Assembly (NCBI GenBank): GCA_965655095.1
Contig: OZ296658.1
Location: 79,732,001 to 79,796,000 of the forward strand
Reading direction: 5' to 3'
DNA from: Haplodiscus bocki
Lineage: Eukaryota
Length of the DNA: 64,000 nucleotides
Part shown: piece by piece, positions 51,811 to 63,010 of the stretch
Layout of the letters: each line of letters begins with the position of its first letter
How positions within the stretch are numbered: the stretch's first letter is position 1
Translations under genes and position numbers: made by a program
The notes under the pieces: model-generated
Told to the model about the DNA's origin: nothing
Databases searched by the model: none
What the model saw: only the letters and a program-made list of their open reading frames with translations

Positions 51811-54800
51811 GTGAGAACACTGATTTTTTCACTGATTCATACCTTTTTCAAAATCCTTTCCCCATTTACGTGCCTGAAGTAATAACAATTTAGCGATGAT
51901 GACAAATATGCCGAAATAGGAGTGCACGAAAACGCATGCAGATGTCATGCACTTGCAGCCATACATGGACCAGGTCGCTGCTAAAGTGAACGAAACCAAA
52001 GAAAGCTTTGATTATTATAAAACTGTCAGTTTATTGAACGGCCACTAGCAATTTTCTCGGAGTTTTGACTCAATCATATCAACACGATGCAAAAAAAATT
52101 GATGAATGTTATAAAAAATCCCTGCGCTACCTAAACATCTGACGTGCTTATAATCTTTTGGTTACTTTTAAAATGTTATTCTCTACAAACTAAGCCTGAA
52201 TGGTTAATCTAACAAACGTTTCAACGAATTTTATCGCAACACTGTCTCATTCGTTTCCATTCCATTTGTTTCCTAAGATTAAAACAGATGCATCAAAGAA
52301 CCTATTCCTAGGGTTCACGCCAAGGATTTCTCAAAAAAGCAAGAGAACCCTGCAATCAAAATTTACTGGAAACTTCGGTGCTTTCGGGATTTGACATCAA
52401 GCTAAGGATTTGAATTTAAAGAATGTATTTCCAAAAAACACCGACGTTCAAATGTTTTCTACCGAAAACCAATCGAGAAATTTCGTTATGACAACCAAAA
52501 CGTAGTATATATTAGATTGACGTTTCGTTGTTTTGCTCATGGAAATTTTTCAGACTCATATATTTGGACCGACGACTCAAATTAGACAGAACGTTTGCGA
52601 AGAAGCCAAAATGAGCTCAAATTTCAAAGTTTTTACCAAAAATTCTATCGAAAAGTTTTTTTTCCATGGAATGAAATATTAGTATGACAAAAAACTAAAT
52701 CCTCTCTTTAAGCTGTTGCTTTTCAAAAGCGACTTCAACGCTTATACGCGAAAATACGCGATTTTTAAAATAACAGTGGATTGACAAAAAAACTGAAAAC
52801 AGCGCCTTTTCCACGTTTTCTCTTACGGAAAACATATGTAATTTTTGAATGACTGCAACTAAAATTTAATACGTTGTAGATTAGAGCCTTACCGTAACGT
52901 TTCTGTAAGGGCTAAACAAATCCGTTGAGCAGGTTTAGAGATGTGGCCTTCAAACAAAGATTTTCGAGCTTAAAAGGGAACGAAAAAAATTCGAAAGTTA
53001 CCAGAGTTGTTGCCTAAAAAGGCTAGAAAACTAGCAGTATCATGAGTATCATGAAGTGATTAGTTGAACTCAACGATTTCATTTAATTTTTTTTGCGATT
53101 TTCACCAACTTGAAAGCTGCATCGTAAGAAGTCGACTGATTTGTTTCTGCCTTAAAGATTTTACCTTGCAAAGTTTTGCTTGACATTTTGATTTCAAAAA
53201 GCGTAGCGGCAGGGTGGTTTCTTTTGTCATTGTGATGCCGAACTATGAAAAAAAATCAAAGTTTCGACTAAAGTACCAAGTACGTCAGATGCAACGTTGG
53301 TTGAATAAAACGAAAACTGGATTTGCAGTTTATGGGCTTTTTGGCCTATCAAGCTCTCAACCTTACTAAATTGAACTAGATACATTTTACAAACAGCTGC
53401 CAATGAAGACCTTGATGGAACAAAACTAACGCGATAATTCTGGCGAGAAACAGGAGTCCATGTGGTTGATAATAAAGATTAAAAACAAGTATTGGGTTGT
53501 GGGATTATCAGGAATCGGACGAGTGGCAGAGAGTTTCATTTAATCATCTTTCACAATCAGATTGCCGTTGCTAAAGTTCTTGATGCAGAAGATCAAGCCG
53601 CTAGTTTCGGGTGAATAAGATTTTGTTGACGTCCAAATTTAGTACCATTTGCAACTTTTGGTGTATTCGCATCATGAAAAAAAACTGTTGATTGGGATAT
53701 TGATGGAAGTCCTCCAGTTGGTTATGTTGGCGAAAGTTAGGTCTGCAAAATCGTCGAAGTAAAGTAATCATGCCAATTGTTGGTATCGTAGGGCTACCAG
53801 AATTCCAATTGAAGACGCAAATATGGTAAAATGTTGAATGGGAAGTTTTGTTTAGTTAGTAGATTGTTCTTTGGATAGTGATTTTCACAATCCAGTTGAT
53901 CGTGATGGTGAAAGTTGAGTATGAATATTGCAAAATTCGAAACTATTGAAATTCTTTGGTCTTTTCGATATGTCAGGATTCGCATGGAAGATAGTTTTTT
54001 GATAATGGTTGATTTCAAAGGGCTTTCGAGAGTGAAAAAATTCAGTTTTGAGAGCCTGTTGGATGTAATCGAGCCGGTAGTTAGGCCAAAAACTGAATGT
54101 TCATACCGCATAGAACTACTATTCGGAGCATTTTCCGGAAAAGTCGGTCCATCAAGACTCCGATGCCAGACGAGCTATATCAGAATGCTTTTCAACTTGG
54201 GTTCATGGCGATTGGGACCCTGATGGATGTAATACAGCCTGTTTTTAAGGCAGTAGTTGGGATTAAATAACATTGAAAACTGTTATTGATGGCATTTTTG
54301 CAGTTTTTTGGGCCTTTCAGATTTCAGAAGCAAAATTAAAATTGGTGACGACCTTTTTGTCAATGCTGCAACAAGTGGACTTTCTGGAATGTACTCAACT
54401 TGTCGAAAAAATTAAATCAGTAATTTTGGGGAAATGAAAGTTCGAAAATCGATTACAGTCGAAGCGGAACTTTTTTGCTTTGTTCGGCCTATCAAGGTTC
54501 CAACGCAACAGTGAAATAAAACAAATTTTTCTATGAAATTTTGTATTAACAGCCCGCTACGACCGGCGGTTTTTGCGCCCTGCAATTTTGTTGAAGACGA
54601 CCTTCAAAAAGAAAAAAAACTTTTCATTTCAAAAAAAACTTACTTAAAATAATTACTGATTCTTCCATTTTGAGTTTTTTCTGATTTTTTTTCCAAAAAA
54701 CAATTCAGGTGGAAAAGATTTTTTGGAGGAACACTATCATTTGATGAGCATTTCACAGCATATTTGCCACCTTTTAGAAATTTTGAAAGAACAAAGACTT

Positions 54801-55699
54801 TTTCTTGAAAAGTAACTGACTTTGAACCTCTAGAGAAATCTTGCTTTTTCAGTCGCTTTTCAGGGCGAATAGGTTAAAAATTTGTGATGAAAATAATTCA
54901 CGGTCAAAATTGTCATTTTTTTCATTTTCAGACACTGACATTTGGAAGAAGTTATCAATTGGCAAGTAGGCGTGAAAAAACATAGGAATTGTGCGTTTTG
55001 AGTGGACAATATCCCTTCCATACTTCAAATATGGGTGGAAAAGAATACCACGTTCAGAGTACCAATGGCTGTTAAGTTTCTTTTGCGAATTTTAAATGTT
55101 CGCTGTTCACTTAGATTCTTTAGATATGTAGTTGTTTTGACTTAATTGTGGAGGGGGCTGGGAGGAGAATGAGAAATATCTTCAGTCTTTAGAGTAGCAA
55201 ATCTTGCTTTCTGATCCAGTAAAAGCTCAATGCCCTTTCAGAAAACCCAACATTATGTCCTAATGCAGTCAAAACGTTTTTATTTTCCTAAGTTGAACAA
55301 TACGAAATAAATTACTCCCTCAGAGATTGTAGAGGTTGTAGATCCGCGAGTATTCTCTAGTAACTTCTCCTCTTCATAACTCTTATCGTCCGTAATAATT
55401 ATCTCAATATCTAACTGGTCAATAACAACGACTGCAAATAATCCGTTAATGGTCAGTACAAAGAAGGTTTCGATTCTCACTCCGACCAAACTTTTCACAA
55501 CGTATTTCCCTATTTCATAGAAGTTTTCAAAAAAAATTTTCTTGTGAAAACAACAGAAATTTTAACTCTTGAAACACGAGAAACTTCCCCTTTTTCGTGC
55601 AAAAATGTGTGTCAGAAATTTTTTGGTCTGTTTGAAGTAGCCTGATTGAGCTTCAAAAAGTTTCAAAGCATTGGAAAAATCCGAAAAGGTAAATAATAT

Positions 55700-55900
55700 A
55701 GTACATTGCAGATACACAAGTTACCCTCGCTATCGCTCGTGCCACTAGTGTATCTGACAATATACCCGCTCGCTCGTTCGGTTTGCTCTCTCACCGGCTC
55801 GTTCGCTTTCAACTCACATCGCCTCTCGCTTATAATATTGCTCGGCTTCACCTCGCCTGTTTTGTCATCATCACAAACGTTAAAATTCATTTATTTTTTC
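55700..55900. repeat. Putative Polinton terminal inverted repeat (one end only)
   Basis: Abrupt GC-richer block starting with AG, which is the Polinton terminal dinucleotide. Candidate 6 bp TSD TAATAT at 55694-55699. The partner end is not in the window. Confidence 0.5.
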
Positions 55901-56224
55901 TTCTCCACTAAGAAAAAGTTCAGCGTCATTTTTCCATTCAACTAATAAAAAATTCATACACATTCACTTTTTCCAGCTGCATAATAAAAAATTCGTCTAC
56001 AAAATTTTAGGTCATTGTATTCCCGCGAACAAAACCCCAATCAAATGTTTTGTAAATGTTCTAGCTCGATCAAATGTTCTAGCTAAAACAAATGAAAATG
56101 AAATTGTTCTGTTAAGATTTCTTTTTATTGGATAATCTTCTTTCGTAATATCTTGTATTTCTTTGTCCACGTATGATGTCTTTTTTAGATTTGTCGTTAA
56201 TTGTGACGTGCTTTGTTTTTTCGT

Positions 56225-56540
56225 TTCGTTTTTACATTTCTGTGTCAAAGCAAACAACTTATCAATTACATTTTCAAATGGATTTATCTCAAAATTTTTT
56301 CTATAAATAACACCTTGATATAACTGAACTACTTTACCTCCAATTTTAACATTTTTTTGAATATCAACAGTTGTTAAAACCTGTGTTATATATCCATTTC
56401 TCATACGACTAAGTTCAATTTTCTTTACTTTCTCTTTAACGTGTAGATGTTGAACGATTAAATCTTTTGGGTTATAATATTTAATTTTTAAAATTGCACT
56501 TCCTTGAGAAAAAGTTTTAGTATTGAATTTTTCAACAAAT
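56225..56540 (-). pseudogene. Protein-primed family B DNA polymerase fragment (between motifs A and B)
   Basis: FVEKFNTKTFSQGSAILKIKYYNPKDLIVQHLHVKEKV...GYITQVLTTVDI...GGKVVQLYQGVIY...FENVIDKLFALTQKCKNE resembles the pPolB segment leading into KxxxNSxYG. Both catalytic motifs are absent. Confidence 0.65.
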
Positions 56541-57121
56541 TAGGTCCCTCTTCATTTATTTTGAATAGATTGGCCTTAATGAATTGAAGTTGATAATCTA
56601 GGAAATTAAACTTAATTCTTTTTCGTTGATGAACTTCTTTCAATAACGGCTGAGTGTTTTTTTAATTAAATGCTTCTCTTAATTCTTCGTCTTTGGATAC
56701 ATCAAATAAACAAATTGCTTCGACATGATCGATCTCAATATTCGACCAATTCATTTCTGGAGTCATCTGGTACTCTATCCGTTTTCTATATGTCTCAATA
56801 CCAATTCCTAAAATTTCTTTCATTGATGATTGTTTTGGCATACCTTTTAAAGATGTATAAATCCTATTTCTTGTAATACTACTTATCCGAATTTTAACAC
56901 CTGTTTCTCGTTTGTTTTTGAGATGTATGTTTCTTTTTTCTTCATTTTGTTCATTATATTTTTTAATTTTTACTACTTTTTCATTATAATAATTTTCTCT
57001 ACAGAGCTTGCAAATAGGGCTTAATCCATCTTTTCTATTTTTATCTTCATTGAAATTTTCTATCACTTGTATAACTTCACATCTACAACATTTCTTAAAA
57101 GTTTCATTTTGAGTTACTCAT
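56541..57121 (-). pseudogene. Zn-finger plus HNH endonuclease
   Basis: N-terminal KKCCRC...F...KDGLSPICKLC and C-terminal MNWSNIEIDHV..ICLFD...EAFN*KNTQPL, as in the giant-virus/phage IDH...NxQPL HNH family. A frameshift lies near the start and a stop at 56662. Confidence 0.8.
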
Positions 57122-57150
57122 TTGTATTAATAAGTTTTATTCAAATGATT

Positions 57151-57589
57151 TCACATTACTTTTAATCTAAGACCAGCAACTGAGTGCATGTCTGTGAGTG
57201 ATAAAATCTTACCTCCTGTTAATGATTTTAAAACACCATTCGTAACTTGAGCTGATTGAGGATTCTTTGTCTTCGCGGCCACTGCAGCTGATATCAGTGG
57301 TGTAGCCATTTTTAAACCTGGTTTAATAAAACTATCCCAAGCTTTTTTCGTTCCTCAGAAAGTTTTCTGTAGTTTACTTTTAATCGGTCCACCTTCAAGC
57401 ATATATTGCCTCGGAGTAAAGGTGATTTTCTTCTGGCAACCACATTTAAGATTGGGACATTTATCATGTAGTTTTAATATATTACCCTTACTATTTAAAT
57501 CAGTCCATGCTGAATTTGACATAGATGAACCGTGAATATTTTTGAATTTACCTCTTGTAATAAAATCTTCTTTAGTTCTCTCTTCTCAT
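57151..57589 (-). pseudogene. Virion core or membrane-lytic-like protein with adenain consensus sites
   Basis: Manual translation: ...LHDKCPNLKCGCQKKITFTPRQYMLEGG/PIKSKLQKTF*GTKKAWDSFIKPGLKMATPLISAAVAAKTK...LKSLTGG/KILSL. One frameshift and one stop. Confidence 0.55.
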
Positions 57590-57748
57590 TTACTCAGTAA
57601 AAATTTGCGATTTCTTACGACCGCAAATATCACAAGTACCCTGGATAATTTTAGCTAGTTTCTCAGTCATAGGATTGACTTTTTCACATTGAGTTATTTT
57701 ATTAGTATTACTATAATGTTTCCCGCCAACACACCATGTCTTTGTCAT
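57590..57748 (-). CDS. Small Zn-ribbon-like protein, 52 aa (DUF5679-like)
   Basis: Intact MTKTWCVGGKHYS...IIQGTCDICGRKKSQIFTE*. It is below the ORF-track cutoff. Confidence 0.65.
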   Translation of the reverse strand: MTKTWCVGGKHYSNTNKITQCEKVNPMTEKLAKIIQGTCDICGRKKSQIFTE

Positions 57749-57853
57749 TTAACTATTGAAAATCTGAAGAATCGGGAGGAGCAGAGGGTTCATAAATTTT
57801 TAATTTCTCTTTTCTAGGTTTAAACAAATTAAATTTAAAATATTTGTTTACAT

Positions 57854-58470
57854 TCACATTATTTTTGGTAAAAAATTATTTAATTTAATTATTTGTTCCT
57901 GACTAAAATTATCTTTACTTATAACATCACCAAATACATCTTCTACTTTGAATTGGGTAATCTTCATAATTTCTTTTCTTTTATCAATATCTTGATTATA
58001 AGTCTTTTTCAATTCCTGTGCTTCCTTTTCATCAGTTTTTTTTTATCTATCATCGATTGTTTCAAAGTCTTTTCATATAGCAATGTAATAACATTAATTC
58101 AATCGCGTAATTTTGTATATCGTATCTTCAATTTTGATATGTACTCATTAGTGATTAAGATAGCAATACTAGTTAATAAAGCTGTGCTAGATGAAATAAT
58201 AATACCCGCACCAGGATTGACTAATCCCATTGTTGAGGAACCAACAGCAATTCCAGTACCAACAAGTATTTCGGTGATAATCAATAATACTTTCTTTTTA
58301 TTTAAATTTTTATATTTCTTCTTATATTATTCGTTATCAATTTTAAGACTCTTTAATATATTTTCGTGATCGTGTTTTTCCGTTTGATATTTCAAATTTC
58401 TTATCTCATCATCTCTTGTTTTTAATTTTAATAATTCTGGTTCAATATTTAAATTTGGTTAAGTCGTCAT
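57854..58470 (-). pseudogene. Hydrophobic-hairpin membrane protein (GasderminX-like class of adintovirus proteins)
   Basis: A basic run, then two hydrophobic helices (VLLIITEILVGTGIAVG; GIIISSSTALLTSIAILI), then a helical C-terminus (SMIDKK.DEKEAQELKK.Y). Three in-frame stops. Confidence 0.6.
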
Positions 58471-58736
58471 TTATTAACAGAAAAATAAAATTTTATACAA
58501 TTATAATTGTATTGATTGATCTGAAAATTGTTTTTCTAACAGATCCAGAGCAATAATTTCTTTAAGATTACGTTTTCTGTGTAATTTCTCAAGAGCGACA
58601 TTTTTAAAAACCTCTATTTGATGATCTAGAAATTTGCTCTGTCTTAATATATCTGGTTCTACTATTGAGAGTAAAAACATTAGCGATCGTTCATGTCTAT
58701 TATCTTTAAAAAAGCTATCGAAGTATTAATCCCTTT

Positions 58737-58977
58737 ACTTATTCAAAAACTTTTCCAAAATAGATTCTTCTTGATTTTTAATATGATCTGAGTACTCTTC
58801 ATTCAATTCAAGTGAGATGTTTTTAAATTCTTTATATAGAAAATTAATATCACCTTTTAAAAATCCACATTCGTATAAAAAATTAACATCATTTTTAATT
58901 GAGAACATTAATAAGACAATCTTTCTATAATCTGGTAATGATTCAAATAAATCTATAAACTAATTTACATTATTCAT
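58737..58977 (-). pseudogene. Small unknown viral ORF (FIDLFESLPDYRKIVLLMF...ILEKFLNK)
   Basis: TAAATG start, one early stop, otherwise open for ~80 codons. Confidence 0.45.
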
Positions 58978-59384
58978 TTAAGATATAGATATTTACAATT
59001 ATAAAACTTCTATATTAATATAATACTCATACAAGTATATTCGAATACGTATTATTATACCATATCGATTAATTATAATTAGACACAATTTCTTTTGAAC
59101 AAGCGTACTTACACAATACTAATTATTACTTATAGTTAGGTATACTTACAAATATACAAGTAATTATACAATCATAGAATTTATGTGAATGTATAATTGA
59201 ATGAGTACTTTTACTTAGGTATACTTACAAATATAACTTTTGGATATGATCAAATCTATGACTACATATACTAGGGTAAACTTACAACTATAAGAGAAGT
59301 TATACAATCATAGAAATAATGTGATAGTACAATTATACGAGTACATATACTTAGGTATACATACAATTGTATGAGTAGGTGTTT

Positions 59385-60720
59385 TATTTGATATACAGAA
59401 TGTGTTATTCTTATATTACTGAAGCACATATCTGCATGAGGTGTATCTATCTGTTCATAAATTAGTTTGATACCATATTTCTCCACAGTAAAATTTAGAT
59501 TAACCAATGTCCATTGAGTTGGTGAATCACTATGTCGATTTTTTTAAGTATTTTATATCTAGTTGACCAAGTATTATCTTCAAGAAGAATCTGTACTCTG
59601 AAACGACCCATAGATTTCAATGAATCAATAGTCAGATTCAAAAATCTATTATAACAGAATGTTATATTAGTGATTTGAATAATATCAGTTCTTTCCCAAC
59701 TAACAAAAACCCTATTATGACCGTGGTTATCACCGGATGTCTCGATATACATGAATACACTACAGATTGGAGGCAAAGTCGTCTCTCCACTATTTCCTGT
59801 CGGTGATTTTGTTCTCGTTGTTCTTTTAAAATTGTTTATTTTACCATTTTTATTTTTATTGTTACATATACATTTCCAATAAGGCAACACCACTGATCCA
59901 ATATTACCTAGTCTTGTCACTGTTGTATCAGTTATCTGTATTTTGTTGTATTCGGTAAGATTATATGTATCATTGCCGACAGAGACTTTGAGATAATTTT
60001 CTAATGTTTGATTGAATCTAACTACTGTATTTTTATCTGATTCATCATCAATATATTTTTTGTTTGCTATATCATTATCTAAACTAGGATTTGTATTAAC
60101 AGTGATACTATCTAAATTTGTTAATTTTTTATTATTGAGATCATTTTCTTGCTTGTTTTTTTTTACTAAATCTACTTCTTCATTATAAAAAGACAATCCT
60201 AAATCTCTTCTATTTCTTTCGTTATCATTGTGAAATTGATCTACATAAGCCTTAGCAATGAGTTGATTATCATTAACTGCTTGACTATTGAAGGTAATAC
60301 TATTTATATTAGTTAAGCTATAATTATTGAAATCATTATCCTGAAAATTTCTAACTAATGATTCCTCGTCTATAGCATTATCGACATAAAACTTTCGTGT
60401 TAAATGAGAATCGATCTGGGGCCATTGGTTTACCTGAATAAATCTAGCGTTTGTGATGTTTCTGTCTTTCAGATCTATATGAGCAGTGTTTTTTATACTA
60501 GGATCGTTGAATAAATTATCAACGTATTTTTTTGAAGTTGCTTCTCCTATGCTAATATGATCAGTTAAATTTTATTTCTAAATTGATTTTTTAAGTCAAT
60601 GTCTTCTTCAATATTAGCTTCTCTATAATTATGTCTTAGATAATGTTTTTGTAGAAATAAACTTGTGTCAATTTTGTTATCAGAGTTATTTGAAGAGTTT
60701 CCAAATACAATTATTGGCGT
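59385..60720 (-). pseudogene. Fibre-like protein: four KxYVD shaft repeats plus a C-terminal MAM-like domain
   Basis: The start appears mutated (ACG), with frameshifts at ~60567 and ~59545. Repeats ATSKKYVD, LTRKFYVD, IAKAYVD and IANKKYID. The C-terminus reads FMYIETS...ITFCY...MGRFRV...QWTLVNL...ADMCFSNIRI. Confidence 0.7.
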
Positions 60721-60866
60721 TATTTAAAAGATGTATATTTACAACTATACATCTTGTATTGATATTTATTTTTGTACAAATACAAAGACATATTTAATAA
60801 ACAGAATGTGATTATATGTGGATACTTGTAATCATACTAAGGTATTCTTACAATTATATGTGTATT

Positions 60867-61266
60867 TTATTCAAATACGAGTTTAAGAATTGTATCGTAA
60901 TAATTCATTCTTTCAATTATATAGAAAAAGTGCAAACAATATGAGCCACATAATTTAGAATTTATATCTTGTATTTTATAATTATGATATAATATTGTTT
61001 CAGGTGATTGTTTAAGTGAAAATTTATCAGGTTGACCACCAATTGAGTGAAAGTGGTATGATTTTTTATTTTCAACGTAAAAGGCTGTCCAGTGACTCCC
61101 ACCCTTTCTTCCATCGTCTATATTAACAAATCCTTTATTAGAATACATTTTTGCATCTCTAGGATAAATAGGATAATTATAAATTTTCTGTCATTGAGAT
61201 TCATTCATAGTATCATTTTCTAAATTACATTTTTTTCAAATAATCTTTAAAATATAAAACTTTCAT
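60867..61266 (-). pseudogene. Adenain-like (Ulp1/C5-type) capsid maturation protease
   Basis: VNID...GGSHW (catalytic His), HFHSIG (normally YFDSFG) and IQDINSKLCGSYC (oxyanion Gln, catalytic Cys). A frameshift and a stop lie in the N-terminal part. Confidence 0.88.
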
Positions 61267-61679
61267 ATTTGTACCAATAAAATTATAATTACACTTATTA
61301 TTCTTATATGGAGATTTGTAATTACACCTCATTGATCCATAGCAATTAGAAATAAGATAATTTATTCATATAAGTACAAAACATGAATAAATACTTTTAT
61401 ACGAGTGTTTATACTTAAGTATACTTACAATTATATGAGTAGTTATACAATCACAGATTTTTCGCGATACAAAAAATTGTATGAGTACTTATAGTTAGGT
61501 ATACATACAATTATATGAGTAGATATTATAGTTAATATTCGAATATGAGTGATTATATGGTATCGAATGTTCATATTTTTAAAACATGGATACGTACAAT
61601 TGAACGAGTAGTTATAGAATCATAGAGATGTTGTAATACATACAATTATATGAGTATATGTACTAAGGTATATTTACAA

Positions 61680-62972
61680 TTATATAACTCTAATTTCAAT
61701 GAGCTTATTACCGTCTGATATCACTTCTATTTTTCTTCGTCTAATTAGTATTAGAAAAAAACTTGCTTTCTCAAGATCAGCACCATATTCCAAGATTAGT
61801 TGAGTTTTTTTAGGTGTTATATGATCAGATTGATGTCCTAAATCTATTATTTCAGTAAGGTATTTTGTTTTCATATCAGGATAAGATATAAATGGAGTCA
61901 TTAATTGTTCGCCGATATATTCTTTGAAAAATAATTTTAAATCTTTATACCGCTCAATATAATCATTTTGCGCATAATTCATAAGAGAACTGTCTGTAGG
62001 ATATCGTTGACCATCTATCTCGACGTAATACTTCCGAAGATCAAGATTATCGATTATAGAGACATTTTTAGTTGATATGGGAGTATCTATTCTATGATTC
62101 GTTTGGTGGGCACCGATCAGATATTTAGGACTTCGAACATTTTGAGAACTTCCGATATCAAGTTGAGTAATTGTATCCGATATGATACGTCTTTCTGTAA
62201 ACCATTCATCATATGATATCTTGTAATTTTTTTGAGTCGCTTCATTGAACACTACTTGAGTTTCAAGAGATGGTATAAAATTTGGTACATATAGATACAA
62301 ATTATTAATAGTCACATTTATATCATCAGTCATAGATGTAAATATGATATCCTGTGAGTCATTTGTTTTAAACGTCAGATGAAAGCCTAAATTTTTAGTT
62401 ACCTTTTTAAAAGCTTTACAGATTGCGAAGATATCTTCTAAATATAGATATCCTTTTATTTTGCTTTTGTTCGCATAGGTATGATTGATTATCAACATTT
62501 TCTGTTGAGGTCTATCTCTAATTTGAGGTGGTAAGTCTGTAAGCCTCTCGAGAAGTGGTATATCATTTTCGTTAAAATTATCAAATTGAGATAATAAATC
62601 ACCATCTTTATTTGATATCGCTCTCATAATGGTAGATATTTGCCCACAAACTTTATTAATTTCAAAATCACCACCGATTGAAGTGGCTAAACGAGCTTCT
62701 TTAAAACAAAATGCAAAAGCGTTATTTACTAAGCGAAGAGGGTCATCATTATGAAAATTTGTATTATCATTTTTTCGTCCTGTAATATTAAATTCTAAAT
62801 AAGCATTACCTATCTGATGATAATTATTGTTTTCACCGAAAATAAACGCAATATTTTGATCTGATTGAAGTAATTGATCTCCTTGTCGGTGGTATTTTTT
62901 CGTAAAATCTCTTTTAATAATACTATTATCAAGTGGTTCATTATCTATTAATTGCAAATCTTCTAAGGTCAT
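61680..62972 (-). CDS. Double-jelly-roll major capsid protein (Polinton PY / hexon-like), intact 430 aa
   Basis: Size, position between penton and protease, and motifs (DNSII..., AYLEFNIT, LVNNAFAFCFKEARL, LYLYVP, PKYLIGAHQ, YVEIDGQRYP, YKDLKLFFKEY, IIDL) are typical of Polinton MCPs. Confidence 0.88.
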   Translation of the reverse strand: MTLEDLQLIDNEPLDNSIIKRDFTKKYHRQGDQLLQSDQNIAFIFGENNNYHQIGNAYLEFNITGRKNDNTNFHNDDPLRLVNNAFAFCFKEARLATSIGGDFEINKVCGQISTIMRAISNKDGDLLSQFDNFNENDIPLLERLTDLPPQIRDRPQQKMLIINHTYANKSKIKGYLYLEDIFAICKAFKKVTKNLGFHLTFKTNDSQDIIFTSMTDDINVTINNLYLYVPNFIPSLETQVVFNEATQKNYKISYDEWFTERRIISDTITQLDIGSSQNVRSPKYLIGAHQTNHRIDTPISTKNVSIIDNLDLRKYYVEIDGQRYPTDSSLMNYAQNDYIERYKDLKLFFKEYIGEQLMTPFISYPDMKTKYLTEIIDLGHQSDHITPKKTQLILEYGADLEKASFFLILIRRRKIEVISDGNKLIEIRVI

Positions 62973-63010
62973 TTATATAAAATAAAATACTCATATATGT
63001 GTAAGAATAT

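Noticed and set aside
56541-56560. In-frame HNH-pPolB fusion or intein
   Set aside because: The junction is out of frame and no intein terminal motifs are seen, so a deletion is the simpler explanation.
57893-58369. 158 aa hydrophobic + strand ORF
   Set aside because: It is the antisense shadow of the Lys-rich viral gene. The ORF at 31286..31789 is likewise antisense to the gag-like ORF.
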